DNA from: Bugula neritina
Lineage: Eukaryota > Animalia > Bryozoa
Length of the DNA stretch: 64,000 bases
NCBI GenBank assembly: GCA_964035545.1
Contig: OZ037765.1
Coordinates: 34,533,504-34,597,503 of the forward strand
Direction: 5' to 3'
The notes under the pieces are model-generated. The model was not told the DNA's origin. It saw only the letters and a list, made by a program, of their open reading frames with translations, and ran no database searches. Below are positions 24,372 through 37,500 of the stretch, one piece after another. The stretch's first letter is position 1. Every line of letters starts with the position of its first letter. Made by a program: the position numbers and the translations under genes.

Positions 24372-25582
24372 TCACTGTGGGAGTTGTCTGCCATGGAACT
24401 TTGGAAAGAAGAAAAGTTTTCTGAGGTGAGTGAAAGTACATTCCTGACAATTAGGTACATTACCACCAGCTGCTTCATCTCCTGTCTTCTTACAATATGC
24501 AATACTGACTCGTCTAACTCTGTCTTGTATCTGTAAGTATAAATGGAAGAGAAATATAAAGCTGATGACTCAACAGTCAACACACTCCACAGTATCATAA
24601 AAAGAGTAATACTGAAGTACTTACTATCCTAAACAGCTCGCTAACATCTCTGTGACAGCTGTGTCTGTAGAATGTAGCCACCAGTATTCTGATAAACCAG
24701 GTACCATAATTCTTATTCCTACCAGCCTTGTAAGCTGCAACACGTGAAAATGAGCAGTTAAATATGAATGTCAGACTATTATGTAAATTTGTTTATATTT
24801 AAAAATTGCAATAGCTTTATTTACATGCAACAGTTTAATTTGCACCAATAAAAGTTTCAGTCAACTCAAATATAATTTTCTTCTCACTAACTTTCTGTAC
24901 TTGGCTTCACAATGTAGAAGTCATCAGCATCTAGGTGAGTGAATCTATCAAAGTGAATATTTGGAGACACATGTTGACCTGCAGAAGACTCACTCCCAGC
25001 TGTCGCAGAAGATGAGGGTAGAGGGGTTGGTGTTGGTGGTGAAACGGTGTCTGGGCTTTGTGACTGTGCAGCATTACCAAAGTCAGTTCTGCCTGTGTTG
25101 AAATACATACAATGTAGACTCTGTGGTATGATGGTGAGTAATAAGTTGGGACTGGACTCACAGGCAGAACTCTATTACACAGCACTGGTTATTGGATTCC
25201 AGTTATGAGGTGTAGCTCACTTCCACATAGGCATACTCCAATAACATCAGGCATCTTGAAAATAATGATTCATCAAATAAATTAATGTTATAGTTATAGG
25301 AAATTATGCAATCTAACTGCTAGTTCTAGTAACATGAGGAACAACTCTGCATTACTCACTGCCAGAACAAGCATGGAAGATGATGAGTTTGGGTTTTCCT
25401 CTCATGGCAAGAAAGTTACTAGCTGCGAGTAAATCTTTGACTTCTGACAAGTTGACAGGTTTACAGTATTTGTCATAGAAGATGTTTCCAGAAGTTCCGT
25501 GTGACATGATGACTAGAATGAACATGCCAAGATCCTTGTGGTCTTTGTGGGTGGTCTCCTTCCTCACTTCTGATAATATCTC
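24372..25582 (-). CDS. Caspase catalytic p20 part, linker and p10 (4 exons)
   Basis: FILVIMSHG, LAMRGKPKLIIFHACSG, DDFYIVKPST, YKAGRNKNYGTWFIRIL, TFTHLRKLFFFP: C14A caspase motifs. Confidence 0.92.
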
Positions 25583-28500
25583 CTGGCAAAATAAAAGTAT
25601 ATATTGGTGTGTAAAATCAAGTTTGGATAAGTAAATGTGTCTACGCACGAGCCAAAGCTGCTTCAAAATTACGTTATAACATTTATAACAAAGATGACCC
25701 ATTAAGCAGTGCTGCTGTTTCTAAACTAAAACTCGGAACTGAGAAAAACTAATAATTTGAATACAAGTTAACAACATATTATTGTAGATTTGTTGGAATA
25801 CAATGCCTCGGTTCTGCAGTAAAAATACTTGCTATATATTGTTGTGAAATTATGCTTCACTGCAATCAATGGGTCTATTGAATGAAACCCACTTCGCCAG
25901 GTTTACTAATTGCTAAGAGTTTATTAACTTCAAATTACACCATAAAAGAATAACACCAACTAACACAAAACAATTACATAATTGAGAGCTCACTACACAC
26001 AACTGTACACTAACAAGTCCAAATCTTCTCTGCCGGCTACGCTGCCTAACTAGCTCCCACTACAGTTAGCAGCTACGCCTACTAATTAGCCTGTCAGCCC
26101 TCCTTGATTGGCCAAGACGATCAGGCCATCCTAGCAGCCTGACACCAGCTGCTTCACTCAACTGTCGGCGAGAAGTATCCTTTCGATACAAATACAAAAT
26201 ACTAATAATCTACTAATAATACAATTATTAATACTATTAACACACTATGAAAAACCCTTACACTCTCCCTTCCTATCAAAAGGTACTACTCAAAAAAAAC
26301 AAATAAAAGAAATATAAAATAATACAAGGGTAACACAATCAGAATAAATGTCACGTAAACTTTAAAACATTGAGAGCAATTAACAGCTCGCCAGCAGGGT
26401 TTGATGTGTCTCTTCACCAGATCATGTAGGGGAGCACGAATATAGGAAAAAAGGTTGTACGTTCACACATCTGGTCCTGTAGTCCTGGATGCAACCACAT
26501 GACGGGGGGGGGGTTTAGGAACACGCTCACCTAGTCAGAGCCAAGCACGCATCTCGCCGACGCCGGTGGTCCAGAAGAATCAAGCATGACAAAGAAAAAT
26601 TCCCCTAAGGAAAGGGGGGGGATCGTCACCATTTCCTTCCTCATAGGGTAGTGTCGAGCGCCAGCAGTCCATGCTGATTAGTCGGTCGAAATACCGAAGG
26701 GGGGATATAGAGTTCGTCCTCAGGCTATTTTTCTTTCTTCTATTATCATGATTGTTATTATTATAGTCCATCTTCGTATCGAGATGTAGTTACTTTCATG
26801 CAGTATTTTATATTACTATTAAATTGCGGTTATGTTTATTACTGTCATTACGATTACGATTCGCCTCCTTCAGCACCAATGTAAGGTGATCGAGCCACGG
26901 GCGAGAAAAGGGAAGAACTCCTTTTGTCTTTTGTTGGTTGCTACTGCTCATCACGGGGGTCGTAGGGCACCATCCGCCACGACAGTCACCAAGTCTGCTG
27001 TGCAGTCAAGCCAAGCAGTCAAGTCAAGCCAAGCAGTCATAATGTGAGTCAGCACCATGAGCACACGAATGCCAAGAGTCAGTGAACATGCAGATGAGAA
27101 TGATGGGTGACTGCGTGACGGTGGTGCAAAGAGAAAGAAATGCCGCTCCGCTAATAAAGTCTCACCTGCAACAGAATGCCAGAAACTGTTGAAGGGGTTT
27201 TTACCTGGTCAGTACGACACCTCGACTGAGTCTCGCAATCTAGTAACCCACTGATTCTTAACAAACCACGCGGGCGACTGCCTCACTCAAAGTCGTCAGT
27301 GAAATTACCTGACTTAGAAAACCAGCCTTATTGTTATGATAAAGCGAGACTGATTTTAAGCTACCAGTTTGAAATCCATTTAAATAATAGAATTATACTA
27401 GTAGACTTACCATAGGACAGCCACGACGTTAGTCTACTGCCCACTTAGGCCTCATAGTTTGCCAGCTTGCCAAGTGCGTGCTCGCACGTTGGCAGTTGAA
27501 ATAGAAAAGAACGCTCTTTGCAGTGAAAGTGATTACAACACACCCCCTTTCACTAGCGAGCTGGCTTCGCTCTTTTCTATACCCCGGTGGTGTTATTATG
27601 GTATATATTTACACCACTGGGTAAGCAACTCACAGTTGTGTTTCCTTGTACTTAGGAAATGCAACTCTCAGTTGCTTATCTCCCCAGATTTTTTTTTTAT
27701 GATAGCTGATGGATGTTTTTCCACTGCATCACACAAGAAATCTTTCAAATAAGATGGTGGCGCCCTAGTGCGTTGCCTACGCTCAAACTGCTCTGGGGAA
27801 TTTGCTGCTGCTGGTGACTCTTCCACCACGGGTGGTGTCACCAGTACGGGGGGGGGTCCACCAGTACGGGTGGTCCCTTCTCAGCTGCCTCTTCCTCATG
27901 AATTTGAGGAAATTCCATCTCATCCGGGACGACAGGGGTGTCGGCCCGCTCCACTGGTGGTGGGGCCAGCTGGGACCGGTCTTCCGGTGTGTCGGCCTCC
28001 TCCTCCTGGGGTGGAGGTGGCCGGGGCAAGTCGGGCGGCGCGTCGGCCGCCCTCTCCTGACCTGGCAGTATCTCCTCTATCTCTCTGTATGCCATGCCTC
28101 GCCCCCTCATAGGAGGGCGTCTAGCAGGCTCTAAGAGAGGAGGTGCTTGACCTGCTGCATCAGGGTTTGTCCAGTAAGGTTTCAGATGTGCTTCTTTCTG
28201 GACCGACACTTTTCCAGACCGATCCACTTTGTAGGTGTGATTGGGCATCACCTCAATCATGCAATAAGGACCCACGAACTTCGGCTGCAACTTAGCCACC
28301 TGTCCACGCTGCCGGCGATGACTGGTCATCCAGACCCAGTCCCCCACCTTGTACAAAGGGGGAGTCATCAGGATCACCACTCCTGACCTGCCACTGCTGC
28401 TCACGTAGCACCTCGTGAGCTGTCCTCATGCGTTTTACGAGCTCATCCACATAATCATGGACGCTGCTCTCTGGAGCCGGAACGTGGTAAGTTACGTGCT

Positions 28501-31500
28501 CAGGAACCCTTGTTTCTCTCCCCAGCATGAGAAAGTTAGGGGTCTTCAGTGTACTGGAGTGAGGTGTACTACGGTATGCTCGCATGATTTGCGGCAGTAC
28601 CAAGTCCCACTCTTCCTGGCTTTTACTGATAAGCAGGCTTCTCAATGAGTCCACTAGCGTTCGGTTGTTCCTCTCCACAACCCCATTCTCTTGCGGGTGA
28701 TACGGGGTCGTCCGACTCTGGTTTACCCCCCACGTTTCACAGAGATCGCTCATAAGTTGCGACTGAAACTGGGCGCCTTGATCAGAGTGTATTTGTTCCA
28801 GCAAGCCGAAATAACAGAACACCTGCTGATCCAAGGCTCTGGGCACCGTGACGGCCGACGTATCTGGAATAGCCAGTGCATCAGCCCACTGCGTGAAATG
28901 GTCAGTTAACACCAGTATCCAATTATTACCTCTCACTGTCGTGGGCATGGGTCCTACCAGATCTACAGCGACTACTTGCCACGAACGACCGGCATGGAGG
29001 CGGCGCCTCCTTGCGGTCTCAGTGGAGCGACCATGCTTGCTAGCTTGGCATATCTCACACTTCCGCACCCGGAGTCGGACATCCCGGGTCATACCGGGCC
29101 AAATCACTGGAGTTGAAGACACCTGGTCACCCGCCCAGCCCCTGCATGAGCTTGCTTATGGGTGTCCCAGATCAACTCCTGCCTCAGAGCGGACGGACAG
29201 ACTACCCTTTCTCGTTCCTGGCGATTGGTGCCCGCTGCTAGCGTTATCACTAACAGCCCATCGCCATTAAACCAGAGGGAGTCCCAGCGGTCGCAGAAAT
29301 ACTTAAACTCCGCACACCTGACCCGCTGTTCGGCCTCACTAGGCCGACGTCCCTCCTTCTTGGCCCAGACTAGATCAGCTACTACCCTTGGTAGCGTAAC
29401 TTGGAGCCGACACAGCTCCCTGACGTTCTTGAGCAGCGTGGGGTTTGCATGAAGGTTGTTAACAGCTTAACTAAGGGTTTCGGACCAAAGTTTTCCTTTA
29501 TCCCAGCTGTATATACCTGCTTTTCCCGCCTGTTCTTCAACGTCCGAGCGAGGAGGTCCGCCATCCCTACGCTCGATATGTTGGCATTGCTTACACCTAT
29601 CTGCCTGGCGGCGGCTCAGTCCGTCGGCATTACCGTGTTTCTTACCGGGTCGGTGCTCGATCCGATAAAAAAACTCTGCCAGGATTTCAAGCGAGCGCGC
29701 TACTTGGCTAAATGGTTCAGCCCGTCGACACAGCCATATCAAAGACGCATGGTCCGTTCTTAGCCTGAACGTGCGTCCGTACAGGTATAGTCTAAAGTGT
29801 TTAACCGCCTTGACTACTGCCAGGAGTTCTCTCCTGGTGGTGCAGTAGTTCTTTTCAGGCGCCAACAGGGCCTTACTATAGTAAGCTACCACCACCTTGC
29901 GACCATCTTGGACCTGAGACAGCACAGCCCCCACATTGTGGTTACTGGCATCAGTACCCAAAATGTACTCCTTCGCCGGATCAGGATACGCCAGGATGGG
30001 CGCCTCTACCAAGCGATCCTTGGGGTGGTCAAATGCCTGCGGTTCTGTCTGCGTCCACTGCCATTGCACCCTCTTTGCTGTCAGCCGGTTTAGTGGCTGT
30101 GCAACTTCTGCGAAGTTCGGTATGTACTGGCGATAGTACCCTACCAGTCCCAGGAATGCCCGCAATTCAGGGAGGTCGACAGGGACAGCTCAGTCCCTCA
30201 CAGCCCATACCTTCTCGGGGTCGGTGGGGACCCCAGCTCGACCAACTACATGGCCCAGGTATTTAACTTCTTGCTGCAACAACGTGCACTTAGAGGGCTT
30301 GAGCTTCAGACCAGCAGCTCGAAGTCTGTCAAACACCTCTCTGAGCCGACTGACATGTGTATCGAAGTCGGGGCAGATGACAATGACATAATCGAGATAG
30401 ATGAGCAAGGTCTTCCAGTGCAGCCCACTCAGGACCTGCTCCATGAGCCGCTGGAAGGTGGCCGGTGCAGACGTAAGTCCGAACGGCAGTACCTTCCATT
30501 TCCAGAGCCCATCCCGCGTAATAAACGCGGCCTTGTCCTGTGCATCAGGACTCAGGGGCACCTGCCAATACCCGCTTAACAAGTCCAACGTGCTGAAGAA
30601 CTTGCTACCAGCTAAAGCATCTAGCGACTCATCAATCCTAGGAAGAGGGTAACCATCCTGGATGGTCACGCTGTTCAGTTTGCGATAATCCACGCAAAAC
30701 CGCCAGCTCCTATCCTTTTTCCGAACCAGAACAACTGGCAACCTCCAAGCACCATCGGCTGGCTCAATCAGATCCCGGCTCAGAAGGTCTTGCACCTGTC
30801 TGCTCACTTCCTTTTCCTTCTCAGGACGTAACCGGCGAGTCGACTGCCTGGTAGGCACCGTCCCAGCCGCCAGGGGTATCTCATGACAGACAGCCTTAGC
30901 CAGGCCCATGTCGTGATCGCCACAACTGAACAAATCCTTGTACTCAGAGAGGAGCTGCACCTCTACTAGGCATTCCCGCTTGCTCTCACAGCCATCACAA
31001 GCATCCCCATACAATTCCACCAAGTGTTCAGGCACCGGCCCCCTGCCGTCCCTAATGGATACCCGTCGAGCCTCGTCCGCTGTTTCTAGGGCCGGACCAA
31101 CATCCTCTTTCTGTATGGAGTGGAATTTTCCCACTAGCGACTCAGCCGGCAATTCTACTGACTCCGTGAAAGGGTTTATGCACTGTACCAGGAACTCCCC
31201 CCGCTCATCCAGCCTATTCAGACTGTTAGCGAGCTGGACGCCCCCCAGTGCTTCCTCCACCACTCCTAAATCGGAGATTTCCCTACTGTTCACTTTGCAG
31301 CGTACTGTAGCCCGAAAGCGCCCAGGTACAGTACAACTCTGTACCACCTGCACTCCCCCCACCAAGGGTTGGCCAAATCGGTCGACACAGGCCAGCTCAC
31401 GTCCGGCCATCACCACCGCCGACTTGCTAAAGTCGATGTAGCACCTGTGTCACTTCAGAAATGGCATGCCCAAGATGGCGTCCTCCTTGAGTTGACTGAC

Positions 31501-34500
31501 GATAAAGGTCTCGCTGATCGTCTGATCACGGACTCGACCAGTCAACTCTATCACGCCATAAAAAGGAATACATGACCCGTCCGCCAACGTGCCATGCTCC
31601 CCATCATATGGCTTCAGGCTAGCCTGGTCCCCAGCATTGAGTGTGTCAAACAGACGCCGGCTCAGAAGGTTTGTGGTACACCCAGTATCCAATAGGAATG
31701 TGGCAGCTTTTCCGGGGAGGAAATAGCTGCTTCCATATGGCTGGGCGCTCATTGAGCAATTTGTCTGTGGAGGTGACACCTCGGGTGCATGGGCTTGGGA
31801 ATGCACCTGCGCTTTCCGGTTGCGAGGGGGTCGTCGACGTTGCGTGGGCAAGCGGGTTACATCTCGGTCTTTCTCACACACGGGCGGCCGAGTGAATGCT
31901 CGGTCCTGCGCTCGTGTGGGCAACCGAGGGTAATCCTTGTCTTGCTCCCACTCGTCGTACACTCCATCATCAGGCAAACCTTCAAAGTGGTTTTTGAGTG
32001 CTCAAGCCGGAGGTTTTGGCAGGCCTTGGAGCCTACTAACTCTCCTTGGGGCTTGCCACTTCAGTGAAGGCGGCCTCCTCACCCGATTGGGTTTGGGCCT
32101 TGGCCTTCGCCTCGGAGGGTTAAACCGAGGCCCACAGTTGGCGGAGTCTACCGTGGGCCGCTCCTTTAACTGCCTCCCTCTACCGTGGGGGCAGCTTTGC
32201 ATGAAGTGCCCACCACTACCACAACCCCAACATACGGGGCCGCCTCCTGTCGACAGCTGCCGACAACCTGGAGGGTTGCTCGACTGTCGTTTGTTGGCGT
32301 AGTTGCCTGATCTCAGCCAACAGCTCTTGAATCAAGCTTGTGGTTAAGCTAGTCGGCTGCCGCCGTGGCGACATGTACAGCTGTCTTGGCCGACCTCGTC
32401 GACGTCGACGCGTCGTCGTTGTCGGCCTCGACTTGCTGCAATGTTGCCCCAGGCCGGCACGTACTGTTGGCTTGGAAATAAGCATTCCCAAGCCTGAGAG
32501 CTCGCTCCATAGTCTCAACCTCAGCCACCAGCAGTTGTTGCTTCAGCCCTAGGTTGTTATTAGACTGGAGGAAAGCATTTAGCGCCAGACTCTGCCAACC
32601 ATTCGCAGGCAAATTGCCATAGGCGATTTGTGCTAGCCGCTCAACTACGGTGGCGTGCTCTCTCAAGGTAGTCTTAGGATTTCTCCTAAGTCCTTCGAGC
32701 TGCACCCGAGCATCCCGAGCAGTAAGCCCAAATCGAGCTCTTAACGCCTCAAAGATCTCGCCGATGTCCGGGCCAATCCCATAGGGTTTGGCCGGCCCGT
32801 CAGACACAACCGTAGCTGAATCAGAGTAACCCTGGCAGGCCATTGACAGATGGCCGCCACATCACTGAACTCAGTGATAAATTGCTCCACATCTTCTTCT
32901 CCAGAGAAGATGGGAGCGTGCAAGTGGTACCTGTCCATAGGCAGCGCTGGGCCGCCTATGCCGTCCTCCTCCATAGCTACTGGTTGTTGACGAGGTAGAT
33001 CCTTTTCGTCAGCCATCTTTCACTCCCTGGCTAGGAGCATTTACAATAATTAAATCCCACCGCTGCCACCACTGTTGTGAAATTATGCTTCACTGCAATC
33101 AATGGGTCTATTGAATGAAACCCACTTCGCCAGGTTTACTAATTGCTAAGAGTTTATTTGCTTCAAATTACACGCAAAAAAGAATAACACCAACTAATAC
33201 AAAACGATTACATAATTGAGAGCTCGCTACACACAACTGTACAGTAACAAGTCCAAGTCCTCTCTGCCGACTACGCTGCCTAACTGGCTTCCACTACAGT
33301 TAGCAGCTACGCCTACTAATTAGCCTGTCAGCCCTCCTTGATTGGCCAAGATGACCAGGCCATCCTAGCAGCCTGACACCAGCTGCTTCACTCAACTGTC
33401 AGCGAGAAGTGTCTATTCCATACAAATACAAAATACTAATAATCTACTAATAATACAATTATTAATACAATTAACACACTATGAAAAACCCTTACAATAT
33501 CACAGCTAGTTACAGCCTGGGGAGAATCAACTACAGGAAAGGATAAGAAATTGATACAGTAACCTGTTTACTCAGGTCAAACAGAGGATCATCTTCATGG
33601 GCTACAACAAATCCCATGTCTTTCAACAAAGTTTTGATGTTAACATAGTCGATGTATGAACCATCTCGGGTTGCCTTAGTCAGTTCACTGCCATCATCTC
33701 TAAAGAATCTCTCATTGTTTATGATCATGACACGACCTCTAACAGGGTCAGTCATCGCATAAACCTGTAAACCAATCAATTTTATCTCACTAAAAGTAGA
33801 CAACTGAAAATGGATGAATGAAATCAAATATGAAATGTAATAGAAACTAAATGGAGAGCCATAAAAGCAAAAAATATTAATAAATGATTTAAAAGAAATA
33901 AAAAAACTTGTTTTACCTTTCGGTGGTTGTCAAACAGGTGTTTCACTGGTTCATTGTTGGTAGGTTTCAGCTGCATACCCTCAACCTGACATATAAAAGG
34001 TTCAAGGTCATCTTTAGTAAAATCAGCATATCCTTCCTCTTCAACATCAGAGCATTCACTGATGTTGTCGTTTTCAACAAGGACTGAGGTAGTTTGAGTT
34101 AACAAATTCTTTTCTCCACCCATCTCTAAAATAAAACAAAAGGTGATATATTCAGTGCTAAGTAACAGATACTAAGTATCATAATAACTATAAACAATGA
34201 ACAGAATCAATACTTGAGTGTTTTTCTGTCAATAATTATACAAATGAATTGGAACAATTGAAGGTGTGTGAGCTTCGGCAGAGAGCCCACAGTTGGTTTA
34301 AGGTCATACTTTTCATTTTCTGGCTCTTTGCCAGGTGCTTTATGTTCTATATGAACAATGTTCCACTGATAGCTCGAACAGGTTGAATGTCACAGGAACA
34401 AAAAAAATATGAAAAGATAAAGAAACTTATGTTCTCCAATATACTTTTTTATTTTTTTCAAAAGCCAATTCATGTTTAAGTTATAGCTTGTTGAAAAACA

Positions 34501-37500
34501 TAGTCCCCCTTCCACATTCTTTTCAATTTATACGCTCCTGACTTGTTATTGTGTCTCAATATGCCTTGTATTTGAGTGCTTGTTAGTCTCGCTTCACTAA
34601 CTTTGCCTATACTTCACAAGTGCCAGTGCTGCTGGCTCAAAAGCTAAATGTTATAAACTGTCAGCTAAAACCCAATCTTGTATTCCTAGGTTGGTTGGCC
34701 TAAATAAAACAATAGTCAAATCATGATTTCATGTTTTAAAAATTTACTCTATTCTAACCTGCTGCCTAGCTAGTTCTATTTTTGATGTATAATTACAAAA
34801 TTTGTGATACATTTTTTTGGCAACCATGTGATTTATAAAATGCAGTAATGGTACTTATAATATTATATTATTATCATTATAATATATTATATAGTATTAT
34901 GTGTGTTTTTATTATACTGCATAATATCTATTTTATTATTGTTGTTGTGCAAACAAGTGCAATTAACCTAGTTTTCAAAATGTACCTCTAAATTATCAGA
35001 ATATCAGTTTAGATATTTTCATGCTTTGTAAGGTAAACCTAAAAAAAGAGGCTGTATTCCCAAAGTAAAGGGTGTTGAACTATGAACTATATTAGATTAG
35101 CCACTCTGCTACCAAGTGCATTAGTATAATATTATATGAATAGCTCTAATGCTTTGTCTCCGGTGGCTGGCTGCGATATGATAACTTGGCCAACTTCCAA
35201 GAGTTTAAAATTGGCGCAATTATTCAAGAGGTTACATACTGCACAGAGCTAGCAGTGATAGTAACCTTGCTATTGGCAGTACTTATTACAACTGCCAGCA
35301 TATAAGCTGCATTGTAGAATGCCGTTGGGGTAGGCTAGTAAAACCAAATTCTGCTCTCTAATATACCTTAGACACAATGCAGCAACATAATTGTTCATTT
35401 CAAATTACATTGCCACCCTTACATGAGCTGTGGGCTTCATAAAGATTCATATGATTAGAGATTTATGCTATAGGCTAGCTATGATGAAAATAACACACCA
35501 TTGTCAAAGTTAACTTCAAGTATGTTGTTTTCCAGAAACTCAGTAATGTCCATTTATCTCTCGCATACAAATACTTATGTAATAGCATACAGTTTAAGTT
35601 TTATTTTAGAGCACATCTGCAAACTCTACAATAAGAGCTTGCTTTACCAGTCTATTTCAGACCTGTTTTTGTAGCTAGTAATACGCAAGCTACTTATTTT
35701 TAAACTTTTGGGTTATTTGTTCAAAACCATTAGCTTTGCTAGTAACCCGAGACTATTGCAACAGTTGACTGCTATCAACATGAATTGACAGCCTAATAAT
35801 TATAACCCATTTGCGCGCGAAATATTTATGTAATGATAGTCACTCATATAGTGCGCGTCTTTTTAACGATGACTGCGTGGTCCAGAGGTTAGAGGCGTCA
35901 GCGACGAGTTGGTTGGTCAAGGTTCAACCCTGGTTGTTGCAATTTTTTTTGTCAACTTATGCAAATCCTACGCATGTATAATAAATATGGCTATAATTGT
36001 AAAGTTTTTTTTTTAACTTTTGTTCAACAGTAAGACAACATACATGCATAATAATTAGATACTGAACACTGGACTAAACCTTAAATTGATCTTATAGAAT
36101 ACAATGTACTTAAAATAATCATATGTGAATTAGAGAAACTGAAAGTATACACCTGCTGCGCTATAGACAGACCTTTACTGACAAGACTGCAAAGTGAAGT
36201 GATTTAGCTGAAATTAACTCTGCCAAACAAACAAAGAATTATGTTGTGCTGAGGCATTTTCAATATATTATTGTAACATAGTGAGATGATTCAGCTAAGT
36301 GCTAATGTAAAACAGGGAACATTATGTTGGCAGAAATCCAATAGATTGCCAATTTGTGCGAGAGGGTACTATATGTTATTGTGATAGCGCAGAGCGGCAA
36401 ACGTACTAGGAATGTTATAATTAGTCACAGGAGCGTAGCTAGAACCACCATATGATGAATTTAGAAAATTGCAGTGAAACTTGCAAAATGGTGTATGTTT
36501 TTACCAAATTGTGAAGAGCATAGACAGAATTTCAAAAAACAAAGAAAGTATATTAGAGAAAACATATCAAGGAATGTCAAGTTTAACTTTTAGACTTTAT
36601 AAAATGAATCCCCTGTGCTACAGCAGTGGAACATGGAGGGTGTAAAATTTTACTTATTATGCAACAACTTTCTCAGAAAATTTTTTATTGAAAAATTAAA
36701 AAAGTATATGAAAGAGGAATGCAAGAGCTATCTTTTCATGTAAAATTTGTTAATGTGAGACAAAAACTGTTCGAGCTATCCCCTGGAAACCGTTTATATA
36801 TAACATAAAGCAGTGCCTGAATCTGGAAAGTAATGACCTTAAACTAACTGTGCCTATCTAATTTGGTGTCATGGGTTCTTGTCTATTGCTGTTTACATAT
36901 GACTGAGCTCACGCAAAGGATGTTATTTGTAACAGTAACAGTTTATAATAAAAACCTGATCGTACCAGGGGCAGTTGAAGCAGTCTCTTCTCTTGCAGAT
37001 CTCAGTTTGTTGACACATTCTTTTATGTTATCAGCTTGTTCTGGAGAGAGGGGACTGCCTGGAGAACAAAACATTGCCAGTTACCACAAAAATTCTTATA
37101 ATAATAAAAGTTGATAAAAAAACAACAGAGAAACCGACTATTTCGCATGAAGTAAAATTACACGTACATGGATACAGAAGAGCACTGAGTATCTCCTCAT
37201 CACCACACAGGGTTGTTGAAGATCCACTGCACAGTCTGGGACTTGTTGGTGTGGAATGTTTCAAGGAACGAAGACACCATGGAGGATTCAGTACTTTCTT
37301 AGGACAAGGAAGTCCTAGCAGAAGGCAGTGAGCACAGTAGCATGTAGTGACTGGTCTACTTGCTGGCCAAGTTTGTAGAACAGGTCTAATGATGTTGTTG
37401 TTGGTGGTGATGAGTGTCTCCCACATTCTGCTGATGTTGGCAGCATTAGATGACACGTAGAGTAACACCTTTCTAGATGTATAATCGTGTACCAGCTGTG

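Noticed and set aside
37031-37167. Hydrophobic C-terminus of the 713-aa ORF as a transmembrane helix
   Set aside because: It is read-through into the intron after the donor at 37167 and into the wrong frame of the next exon
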